Of a stretch of 20,000 bases of DNA, positions 8,670-16,874 are shown in pieces. Position 1 is the first letter of the stretch. The number at the start of each line of letters is the position of its first letter. The stretch lies in IMG/VR virus record IMGVR_UViG_3300032782_000008. One strand, given 5' to 3'. The notes beneath the pieces are model-generated. The model saw only the letters and a program-made list of their open reading frames with translations, searched no databases and was not told the origin of the DNA. Both the position numbers and the translations under genes were made by a program. Origin of the DNA: an uncultured virus (IMG/VR IMGVR_UViG_3300032782_000008) (lineage: Duplodnaviria > Heunggongvirae > Uroviricota > Caudoviricetes).

Positions 8670-11600
8670 AGCGCCCCGCCCCCGAGCGCCTGAGCGCGCT
8701 GGCCGCGCTCCTCCCGCCGCGCGAGGCGGACGCCTTGCCGCCGGTCGACGAGATTGACCGGATCATGGCGCTACCGCTGCGCCCGCCCGTCAACTGCGAG
8801 CAGGACGCAAGCGGGAGATATGCACCAGCGACTCAGGCGCTCATCGAGCACGTGACGGCGCAACTTACGCGCGGACCGCGTCTCACGTGCGGGTGCGCAC
8901 CTCGTCGCGCGACCATGATCGCGCCAGGGATGCTGGCGATTGCGCGCATCCTGCCCGAGGGCGAGTTGCAGCCCCCGCCGGCGATCGTGACCATGGACGC
9001 GCTCGCCGCCGACAGCCGCGCACATCGCCAGGAGTGGGACGACGCGCAGCGCATGGGCAACCTGCGTGTAGGTGAGACGCTCGAGCTGCCGTCGGTGGAC
9101 GGCTCTACCAAGCAATGCATCACAGTGCTCAACGCGCAGCAGGCGTGGACGCTGTACGAGGCGCCGATCATTGGCGGGACGGTCGGTTTCCAAGGGGTTG
9201 GCAGCGGGAAGTGCTTGGGAGCTGGTTCAGAAGTTTTTGATGTTCTGGCAGGACGCCGACGCCTTGTCGAAGAAACAGGTGTTTTGCAAGTTGCATCATT
9301 CGACGGCGAACGGTTGTGTAGTCGTGAGGCGAGCGCATTTCCGTCTGGGCGTAAAAAGTGTTGTCTGCTTTCTCTTGCAGATGGTTCGACGCTAACACTA
9401 AGTCTCGATCATAAAGTCTACACGTCACGTGGTTGGGTAGAAGCAGGACAGCTCGGAACAAATGATTTCGTAGCTGTTCCGACGCGCGTACCCGAACCTC
9501 TACGTGCGACGGAAGCTACGGATGACGAAATCGCGCTCGTTGCTTTGATGTTGGCGGACGGAGGATGTAATAACGGCACTCCTTCTTTCACAAACGAGAC
9601 TCCGTCCGTGATCGAAGAGTTTCAGCGGCTTGCTCGTGTTGTGTGTAAGGGTTTTTCAGAGGATAAATCTTGTTCTCGAGCGAGAGAATTCAATCTTTTG
9701 GGATCAAATGGCCGACACGCAAACGGTACTGGGTTCAGAGAGAAATGGGACTTATACGGACTCTCTAAAGAGAAGCGTGTCAAGGCCGAAATATGGGGAC
9801 TTTCTCAAACACAAATCGCGTTATTTCTTAATCGTTTTTGGGCGTGTGATGGACACGTTTCTAAACAAGAAATAGAATGCACTCTCGCATCAGAAAAATT
9901 GATAGATGATCTTAGATTTTTACTTTTGCGTATCGGTGTGCGTAGTCGAAAACGATACAAAAAAGCAACGTGCGAAGGCAAGTCGTTTGACGCGTGGCGA
10001 ATTTCTATTTCAGGTGCGGACGCACTTACTTTTTTGAATACCGTCGGAGATGTGCTCGGCAAAGAAACGGCATGTCAGAAGTTACGTCAGCAATTACAAA
10101 ACACAAAGCGCAATACGAATTTCGATATAGTTCCTATCGGACGTCGCGAGTTACAAGAGATTTGCGACGAACTGGGAATTGCAAAACGTCCGTCGAAGTA
10201 TGACGGGGCGCAGCCGCGAAACACTATTCGAAGGTTTTTTCAGGCAACAACGGGACAATTTGTGTCGCGTAAGCGATTCGTGGAGTTCTGCAAACAACAA
10301 AGTTATCGTGGTAAGTACGCATTTCTTGGTACTGAGGATCTTGGTTGGGAACGTGTAGTTTCAGTCGAAAATGCCGGTATTCAGCCGGTGTTTGATTTGT
10401 CGGTTCCAATAACACATAATTTTATTGCCAACAATATGATTGTACACAACACGATCACGAATCTGCTCCTACCGCTGCTCTTTCCCGATGCTGCGCTCGC
10501 CGTTATCTGCATCGAACCGAAGCAGCGTCTCCACTACAAGCACCACTACCTTCGCCTGCGCGAGCACTTCCGCGTCACGACGGTGGTACTCGATGACAAC
10601 ACGATTGGCTTCCACGGCACGGTGCAGGGCACGGTACCGACGCATCTGATCTCGTACTCGGTGCTCTCGCAGACCAAAAACAGCGACATGCTCGACCGGC
10701 TCGACCCGGATGTGCTCGTGCTCGATGAGGCGCACCGCGCGTGTGGCGACAGCGCCATTAACAAGCGCATCAAGCGTTTCATCCACGGCAAAATTCAGCG
10801 GCGCGAGCAGGCGATGGCGGCTGGTCGCCCGGCACGTGTGCGGGCTGTGAATTTGTTCCCGGGTTCGGGCACGCTCGAGAACAAGAGCGTGCAGGACACG
10901 CAGATGCTGTGTAGCTATGCGCTCGGCACGGGTTCACCGCTGCCACTCGATCCAGACGTCGCTGTCGCCATGTCGGCGGTGATGGACGCGACCCGTCGGC
11001 CCGATCGCGAGTCCGCCTTTGCGAAGCGGTTGCAGATGGTGTTCACGGGACGCATTTTCGCCGAGAACGACATTGTTAGTTCACTGTTCGGTGAGCCCGA
11101 GAAGGAGGTTCGTCAGGGCTTTCAGCGCCGTCGTTCACACACGTTTGGCATTATCACTGCCAGCTCGTCATCAGTTAACGCGTCGATCTACATCGCCGAG
11201 CGCAAGGCGCCGCCGATGCCGGAGTCGGTGCGAGATGCGCTCAGGATGGTGCGCGCCGAGGCGAAACGACCCGACGGCGAGGAATTAGCCGAGAAGATGC
11301 ATCAGGTCGAATGCGCGCGCGACGTCATTGGCGGCTTTTATAGGTACTGGGCCTTTCCGAAGCACAAGTGTTCGTGCGGTGGTGTCGAGCCTCGTTGTGA
11401 GGGTTGCGTGTACATCGACGACTGGTTCAACAAGCGAAAGGCGTTCAGTAAGGAGTTGCGAGCAAAACTCGCGCAGGGCGAGCTGCACCTCGACACGGAC
11501 AAGCTCTGTCGCGAGGCTGCGAAGCGTTTCTGGCAGGACCCGCCGTACCAGGGCAGTTTACCGAAATGGGACTGTCAATCATGGCCAGCGTGGGCCGCGA

Positions 11601-12121
11601 TCGAGAACACCGTCGAGCACGTTGAAAAGACGAAGTGGATCGGCGGAAATGACGGATTCTACCTCGCACGCGACGCGGCCGAGTGGGCGACATCAAACAA
11701 GGGTGTGCTGTGGTTCAAATCCGAGCCTTTCGGGCGCAAGATCGCCGAGCTGGCCGGGATTCCATACTTCAATGGGGGTCCTGGGGGCGAGGCACGGCTC
11801 GCCGCCGAGAAAGGCGACCGCTCGATCGTTTGTTCGATCAAGGCACACGGCGCTGGCACTGACGGTCTGCAGCACAAGTTTCATAAGCAGCTCATTGTCG
11901 AGCCCCCTGCGTCTAACGGCGGCAACGAGGGCATGGAGCAGTTGCTCGGGCGATTGCACCGCCCCGGCCAGCGCGCGGACGTCGTCGAGACGTACTGCTA
12001 CCTGCACGCGTCCGAGTTGGTCGATGCGTGGCGCCAGGTCGTGCTGCAGGCGGAGTTCAACCACGACATGCTCAAAACCAAGCAGCGCGTGCTGATGGCC
12101 GACATGGACTTCGAGTTGTGA
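8666..12121 (+). CDS. SNF2-like SF2 helicase, intein-containing
   Basis: Likely GTG start at 8666 overlapping the upstream TGA. Walker A GVGSGK|T is split by the intein. LVLDEAH, SGT, GTDGLQ and EQLLGRLHRPGQ are present. Confidence 0.85.
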   Translation: MKRPAPERLSALAALLPPREADALPPVDEIDRIMALPLRPPVNCEQDASGRYAPATQALIEHVTAQLTRGPRLTCGCAPRRATMIAPGMLAIARILPEGELQPPPAIVTMDALAADSRAHRQEWDDAQRMGNLRVGETLELPSVDGSTKQCITVLNAQQAWTLYEAPIIGGTVGFQGVGSGKCLGAGSEVFDVLAGRRRLVEETGVLQVASFDGERLCSREASAFPSGRKKCCLLSLADGSTLTLSLDHKVYTSRGWVEAGQLGTNDFVAVPTRVPEPLRATEATDDEIALVALMLADGGCNNGTPSFTNETPSVIEEFQRLARVVCKGFSEDKSCSRAREFNLLGSNGRHANGTGFREKWDLYGLSKEKRVKAEIWGLSQTQIALFLNRFWACDGHVSKQEIECTLASEKLIDDLRFLLLRIGVRSRKRYKKATCEGKSFDAWRISISGADALTFLNTVGDVLGKETACQKLRQQLQNTKRNTNFDIVPIGRRELQEICDELGIAKRPSKYDGAQPRNTIRRFFQATTGQFVSRKRFVEFCKQQSYRGKYAFLGTEDLGWERVVSVENAGIQPVFDLSVPITHNFIANNMIVHNTITNLLLPLLFPDAALAVICIEPKQRLHYKHHYLRLREHFRVTTVVLDDNTIGFHGTVQGTVPTHLISYSVLSQTKNSDMLDRLDPDVLVLDEAHRACGDSAINKRIKRFIHGKIQRREQAMAAGRPARVRAVNLFPGSGTLENKSVQDTQMLCSYALGTGSPLPLDPDVAVAMSAVMDATRRPDRESAFAKRLQMVFTGRIFAENDIVSSLFGEPEKEVRQGFQRRRSHTFGIITASSSSVNASIYIAERKAPPMPESVRDALRMVRAEAKRPDGEELAEKMHQVECARDVIGGFYRYWAFPKHKCSCGGVEPRCEGCVYIDDWFNKRKAFSKELRAKLAQGELHLDTDKLCREAAKRFWQDPPYQGSLPKWDCQSWPAWAAIENTVEHVEKTKWIGGNDGFYLARDAAEWATSNKGVLWFKSEPFGRKIAELAGIPYFNGGPGGEARLAAEKGDRSIVCSIKAHGAGTDGLQHKFHKQLIVEPPASNGGNEGMEQLLGRLHRPGQRADVVETYCYLHASELVDAWRQVVLQAEFNHDMLKTKQRVLMADMDFEL
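9212..10450 (+). mobile_element. Intein (413 aa) with LAGLIDADG homing endonuclease
   Basis: Starts CLGAGS after GK, has block B LSLDHKVY, LVALMLADG and FLNRFWACDG motifs, and ends VFDLSV...HNFIANNMIVHN followed by Thr. Visibly lower GC than the exteins. Confidence 0.95.
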
Positions 12122-13152
12122 GAGACACGTCGGTGGCTGCCGCGCAATCGATCGCGGGGGGAGCGGAACAGCTCCGGGCGCGCGTGCTCGCCGAGATCGC
12201 GACGAGGGGCGGCGCCACGTGTGACGAGGTCGAGGTAGCGCTCGACTTGCGTCACCAGACGGCGAGCGCTCGGGTGAATGAGCTTGCCGAGGAAGGGAAG
12301 ATCGCCGACTCGGGGGCGCGCAGGAAGACGCGTAGCGGGCGCGAGGCGATCGTGTGGGTGGTCACGTCGGCAATGTCGCTGGCGTCACCGCTCATCTGGC
12401 TCGGGGCGAAGCGCTGGCTCGTGCCGCGGTTGGCGAAACTGTACGACCCGCACTGGCCGACGCGCGTCGTGGAGCCGTTCATGGGGTCACTGACGGTGAC
12501 GCTGGGCATCCGCCCCGTGGACGCACTCCTGCGCGACGCAAACCCACATCTTGTGAACTTCTGGCAGTGGGCGCAGCACGGACTGACTGTTCGCATGAGG
12601 ATGGAGAACGAGGAGCGCTTCTATTACTCGGTGAGGGAGCACTTCAACAACCTGCTTCGCAACGGCGAGACTGATACGCAGGAAGCAGCCGAGTTTTTCT
12701 ACTACCTCAACCGCACTTGCTTCAACGGCGTCGTGCGCTTCAACCGCGAGGGGCTGTTCAACGTCCCGTTCGGTCGCCGAAAGAAAATCAATTATCGAAC
12801 TGATTTTCGCGAATTCGTCGAGCCGATGCGCGGCTGGGCGATCGAGTATGGTGATTTCGAATCGACGCCGCTCGTGCCCGGCGATTTCATCTATCTGGAC
12901 CCGCCGTACGACTGCGAGTTCACCGAGTACAACGGCGTGACGTTCACGTGGGAGCAGCAGGTTCGCGTCGTCGAGAAGTTCGCGGTGCACAACGGCCCGG
13001 TTGTGATCTCGAACGCGGCCACGGCTCGTATCATCAATCTATATCGTCGTCACGGCTTCGCGATCGAGTTCGTTGCATCACCGCGTAGTGTTGCGGCTGA
13101 TGTAGGGAAGCGCGGTGCTGTGCTCGAGGTTCTGGCGACGAAAAATTGTTGA
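12118..13152 (+). CDS. dam: Dam/D12-class N6-adenine DNA methyltransferase with N-terminal wHTH-like domain
   Basis: GTG at 12118 overlaps the helicase stop. Motifs PL.W.G.K, VEPFMGS, D.NPHL, YLNRTCFNG..RFN..G.FNVPFG and IYLDPPY. An alternative ATG at 12373 starts the MTase domain. Target specificity is not established. Confidence 0.88.
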   Translation: MRDTSVAAAQSIAGGAEQLRARVLAEIATRGGATCDEVEVALDLRHQTASARVNELAEEGKIADSGARRKTRSGREAIVWVVTSAMSLASPLIWLGAKRWLVPRLAKLYDPHWPTRVVEPFMGSLTVTLGIRPVDALLRDANPHLVNFWQWAQHGLTVRMRMENEERFYYSVREHFNNLLRNGETDTQEAAEFFYYLNRTCFNGVVRFNREGLFNVPFGRRKKINYRTDFREFVEPMRGWAIEYGDFESTPLVPGDFIYLDPPYDCEFTEYNGVTFTWEQQVRVVEKFAVHNGPVVISNAATARIINLYRRHGFAIEFVASPRSVAADVGKRGAVLEVLATKNC

Positions 13153-13182
13153 CGAACTAGTTTCGATACCATAAGGCTAGTT
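13149..13182 (+). promoter_or_regulatory. Putative promoter with overlapping inverted repeat
   Basis: TTGACG at 13149 and TAAGGC 17 bp later. Palindrome AACTAGTT at 13155 and a second CTAGTT at 13177. Confidence 0.45.
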
Positions 13183-13262
13183 ATGTAACACGCTCATTAT
13201 CAAACGCAGCTCAGGATCAAACGCAAAGGCAAACTCAGCTCAAGCGCAAGGAGAACGGAAAA

Positions 13263-14390
13263 ATGAATCAGGTGTACGACATTAGTGGGGACGTCAGCGG
13301 GCTCATCTCCGACGCGAAAATCGTCGGGTCGAGCGAGAACATTCGTCACGGAAGGTACCGCTTCCTGATCAAGCGCATTCACGCGCGCCCGGTCGAGAAT
13401 GACAAGGGCACGCAGCGGATGGCGTTCTGGGAGCTGACCCCCGTCAAGTCGGAGCCGAATCCGCAGGTCGAAGGCGACCACACGGATTATCCCGGCACGT
13501 CGGGGCCGCTCATCGACGACGGCACCAAGCCGAACCCGATCAAGTCGAATTGCGCGATGAAGGTCAATTTCGACGGTCCCGGTGGTCGCAGTGCCGGTTC
13601 GAACATCAAGGAAGCCATCCTCGCGCTGTTCGGCAAACGCGATGGGCAGATGTCGAAGGAGGAAGTGAACGAGACTTGGATGGATTTGGCGCGTCAGCGT
13701 CCGCTGCGCGCGGGCGAGATCGAGCGTCTGGACCCGGCGACGGGGCAGCCTGTCTACGCCAAGAAGGACAAGCTCGACAACCCGGCGTGTGGCATGCTCA
13801 TCGACTGCGTGACGATGGCGCGCAAGAAGTCGAAGGCGAACGACAAGGGCGCATACATCACCAAGCTCATTTGGCAGTGCGTGGATCCGCCCGGGGTGGG
13901 CGAGAACTCGTTCGATAAGGTTGCGGCGCGCCGGGCGGAGATTCTCCGCGATATGGCCGAGCAGGAGGAAGAGGAGGAGACGCAGCAGTCGCCGCCTCCG
14001 CCGAACGGTTTCAACGGTGCGGCGCCCACGCGCGCTGGGTTCAATGGCGCACCGACGCAGCCGCAGATGCCGCCGCAGGGATTCCCGCAAGGCTACGCTC
14101 CACAGGTGCCGCCGGGTTATGCCCCTCCGGCGCAGCCGCAGATGCCTCCGCAAGGCCTCGTTCCTCCGGCGCAGCCGCAGATGCCTCCGCAAGTCGCGCC
14201 GCAGCCGCCGACCCCGCCGACTCCTCCGTCGGCGCCCACCGCTGCGGCTCCGTTCGTCCCGCAGAAGCCGTGGGAGGCGATGCCGGGGCACCAAGGACCG
14301 ACGCCTGATGCGCGCTGGTTCTGGAGCAACCCCGCGTTCGGCGGCACCAACGCAGTGAAGAACGAGCTGCAGCTCCGCAGCGGTCAGTAG
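13263..14390 (+). CDS. Hypothetical protein, probable phage SSB/recombination protein with Pro/Gln-rich tail
   Basis: AAGGAG RBS, its own promoter and terminator, a beta-rich N-terminal domain and a position just upstream of PolA. The function is inferred from context only. Confidence 0.5.
   Translation: MNQVYDISGDVSGLISDAKIVGSSENIRHGRYRFLIKRIHARPVENDKGTQRMAFWELTPVKSEPNPQVEGDHTDYPGTSGPLIDDGTKPNPIKSNCAMKVNFDGPGGRSAGSNIKEAILALFGKRDGQMSKEEVNETWMDLARQRPLRAGEIERLDPATGQPVYAKKDKLDNPACGMLIDCVTMARKKSKANDKGAYITKLIWQCVDPPGVGENSFDKVAARRAEILRDMAEQEEEEETQQSPPPPNGFNGAAPTRAGFNGAPTQPQMPPQGFPQGYAPQVPPGYAPPAQPQMPPQGLVPPAQPQMPPQVAPQPPTPPTPPSAPTAAAPFVPQKPWEAMPGHQGPTPDARWFWSNPAFGGTNAVKNELQLRSGQ
14124..14193 (+). 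repeat. Coding tandem repeat (PPAQPQMPPQ)
   Basis: An exact 31-nt repeat at 14124 and 14163 (39-nt period), with a related copy near 14056. Confidence 0.8.
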
Positions 14391-14395
14391 TTCTG

Positions 14396-14431
14396 AGGGA
14401 GACTGCTCGTCGACGAGCAGTCTCCCTTTTT
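14396..14431 (+). terminator. Intrinsic terminator formed by a perfect 32-bp palindrome
   Basis: AGGGAGACTGCTCGTC|GACGAGCAGTCTCCCT followed by a T run, just after the stop at 14390. Confidence 0.8.
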
Positions 14432-14451
14432 CGTCTCGACCTTCATCAGGA

Positions 14452-16617
14452 GTGAGCTTCGTGCAGCAGGTGCATTGCATCGACCTAGAGACGCGCCTCA
14501 TGGTCGATGGCGACGCCGCGCCACCCATGGTCTGCATGTCGTGGTCGGACGGCGACTCGTCGCAACTGTACGTCCCGTGGGAGGGTACGAGCCCGTATGA
14601 AGTCTTCGAATGGCTGCTCCGCCGCGACGACGTCCTCCTCGTTAACCAACATATCTTCTTCGACCTCGGCGTACTTTGCGCTGACCGCCCCGACCTGCTC
14701 CCGATCGTGTTCAAGCGCCTCGAGAGCGGGCACATCCGCTGCGTCAAGGTGCGCGAGCAGCTCATTCGCATCGCGCTCGGCCAAGCGAAGTTCATCGAAG
14801 AGTATGACGACGGGAGCGGGGACGAAGAGGACGAGGAAGACGACGGGCTCGGTGAGTTCGAAGAGCTGGATTCGAATGATCAGGAATTGGCGCGCCAGCA
14901 GCAGGTACGCAACATGCTCCGGGCCGCTGCTAGGAGCGCAGGCTCGCCAGCAAAGACGCGATTCGACCTCGCCGCGATCACCAAGCGCTGGCTGAACATC
15001 GATTTGAAGAAGGAGGGGACGTGGCGCATGTCGTACGAGCTGCTGCGCAATGTCCCCCTCGCGAAGTGGCCCGCCGACGCGATTGAGTACCCGCTCAAGG
15101 ATGCGCGCACGCCGGTGCAGGTGTGGCGTGCACAGCAGGCGTGGCTTGACACCAATCTGCCGGGGGGTGTGTTACCAGGCGAAGTAGAATCCAACTGCGC
15201 GGCGTGGGCGCTGCACCTTATGAAGATCTGGGGCGTGCGCACGTGCCCGGAGGCCGTCGCCAAGCTGCGCGAGGAGATGGAGACGAAGGTTCTCTGGATC
15301 ACGATCGGGCTGACCAACGCCGGCATCTTGCGCATCGGCGGCACGAAGTCGAAGCCGAAGGCCGTCGAGACCAAGACCGAGGTACAGCGTCGGGTGACCG
15401 AGATCTACACGGCGGCAGGGCTCGCCGTTCCGTTCACGCCTCCGTCCAAGAAGTTTCCCGAGGGGCAGGTCAAGGTCGGGCGCAAGGTGCTCGAGGACGC
15501 GGCCAAACTGACGGTGCCAGAAGGCACTGACTTTCGAAATCACCCACTGGCCGTGCTCGCTGAGCACAAGGGCTACGTCAAGATTTTGTCGACGTACATT
15601 CCCCGGTACGTGGCCAAGGGCGTCGAGGTACCTATCACCGCTGATTGGAACGTGCTCGTCGAATCGTTCCGTATCTCGTGCGCCAAACCTAACTTGACCA
15701 ACCCACCGCGCGCCGGCAATGTGCGTGTCTGTTTCAAGGCGCGCAAGGGAAAGTTGTTCGTGTCGGCGGATCTCGACCAAGCGGAGTTGCGCAGTTGGTC
15801 CGAGGTCTGTTTCAAGATGTTTGGCTATTCGACGATGGCGGAGGCGTTTCAGCGAGGGATCGATCCGCACCTCAAGCTCGGTGCGGAGCTGCTCAAGATC
15901 GCGCTCGAGGAGATGATCGAGCGATACAACGCCGGCGACAAGGAGGCCGACGCCAAGCGGCAGTTCAGTAAGGAGCCGAACTTCGGCCTGATTGGGGGCA
16001 TGGGCGCGAAGAAGTTCATGGAGCGCGCCGCGCTCAAGGGCATCTTTATGACTCTCGAGGAGGCGAAGCAGATCATTTTTGCCTGGAAGAACACGTGGAC
16101 GGAAGCGCGTCCGTACCTTGATTACTTCGAGAAGCATTATTCGCGGCCTGGCACTATCGTGCATCCGATTACCGGATTCATTCGCGGCGGGTGCGGATAT
16201 TCCGACGGTGCCAATCACATGTTTCAGCATTTGACCGCAATCAGCGTGAAGCAGTCGCTCTGGGACTTGACCAAAGAGTGCTACCTCCCTGGCTCGGTGC
16301 TGTACGGCGCTCGACCCATCATCGATATGCACGACGAGCTGTTCGGTGAGATTGATGAGGCGGACGGGCACGTCTGCGCGATGCGCTGGGGCAAGGTGAT
16401 GCGTGAGGGCGTCGAGAAGTGGATCAAGAACGTGCCGGTCAAGTGCACGCCGGTGCTGACTCGGCGCCTATATAAAGGAGCCAAGCCTGTTTACATCGAT
16501 GATTCGTCGGTGGAGGGTGGTAAGCGGCTGGTGCCGTCGAAGCCCGTCGTCGTCGATGGGAAGACAAAGTGGGTGTACGACACGGGAGAAGATTTCGAGT
16601 ACGCGAAAGCGGCTTGA
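14452..16617 (+). CDS. polA: Family A DNA polymerase with 3'-5' exonuclease domain and no 5' nuclease domain
   Basis: ExoI IDLET, ExoII NQHIFFDL, ExoIII YPLKDA, motif A SADLDQAELR, DPH, motif B RQFSKEPNFGLIGG, motif C MHDE. Confidence 0.93.
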   Translation: MSFVQQVHCIDLETRLMVDGDAAPPMVCMSWSDGDSSQLYVPWEGTSPYEVFEWLLRRDDVLLVNQHIFFDLGVLCADRPDLLPIVFKRLESGHIRCVKVREQLIRIALGQAKFIEEYDDGSGDEEDEEDDGLGEFEELDSNDQELARQQQVRNMLRAAARSAGSPAKTRFDLAAITKRWLNIDLKKEGTWRMSYELLRNVPLAKWPADAIEYPLKDARTPVQVWRAQQAWLDTNLPGGVLPGEVESNCAAWALHLMKIWGVRTCPEAVAKLREEMETKVLWITIGLTNAGILRIGGTKSKPKAVETKTEVQRRVTEIYTAAGLAVPFTPPSKKFPEGQVKVGRKVLEDAAKLTVPEGTDFRNHPLAVLAEHKGYVKILSTYIPRYVAKGVEVPITADWNVLVESFRISCAKPNLTNPPRAGNVRVCFKARKGKLFVSADLDQAELRSWSEVCFKMFGYSTMAEAFQRGIDPHLKLGAELLKIALEEMIERYNAGDKEADAKRQFSKEPNFGLIGGMGAKKFMERAALKGIFMTLEEAKQIIFAWKNTWTEARPYLDYFEKHYSRPGTIVHPITGFIRGGCGYSDGANHMFQHLTAISVKQSLWDLTKECYLPGSVLYGARPIIDMHDELFGEIDEADGHVCAMRWGKVMREGVEKWIKNVPVKCTPVLTRRLYKGAKPVYIDDSSVEGGKRLVPSKPVVVDGKTKWVYDTGEDFEYAKAA

Positions 16618-16642
16618 TTTCTCAACGAGACTCACGTTTAAT
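16614..16642 (+). promoter_or_regulatory. Putative sigma70 promoter for the nucleotide-metabolism genes
   Basis: TTGATT-N17-TTTAAT upstream of the GAGGTG RBS and the ATG at 16659. Confidence 0.5.
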
Positions 16643-16658
16643 AATCCACGAGGTGAGT

Positions 16659-16874
16659 ATGGCCGAAGAGAAAGTCAATCATCCGAAGCACTATAACGCT
16701 AATCCGTCTGGCGTCGAGTGCATCACCGTCGTGGAGCACATGAGTTTCAACGTCGGCAACGCGATCAAATACTTGTGGCGAGCGGATCACAAAGGCGCGC
16801 CGATCGAGGATTTGAAGAAGGCCGCTTGGTATATCCAGCGAGAGATTGAACGTCGAACTAAAGGAAGCAAGTAA
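16659..16874 (+). CDS. DUF3310 protein (T7 gp1.7-like, putative nucleotide kinase domain)
   Basis: VNHPKHY, GVECI, FNVGNAIKYLWRA.HKG..EDLKKA.WY. Confidence 0.88.
   Translation: MAEEKVNHPKHYNANPSGVECITVVEHMSFNVGNAIKYLWRADHKGAPIEDLKKAAWYIQREIERRTKGSK

Noticed and set aside
12118..13152. Complete restriction-modification system
   Set aside because: No adjacent restriction endonuclease. The MTase appears to be an orphan.
13200..14795. 531-aa minus-strand ORF
   Set aside because: Antisense to two well-supported genes and runs across a terminator. Its composition is that of a shadow ORF.
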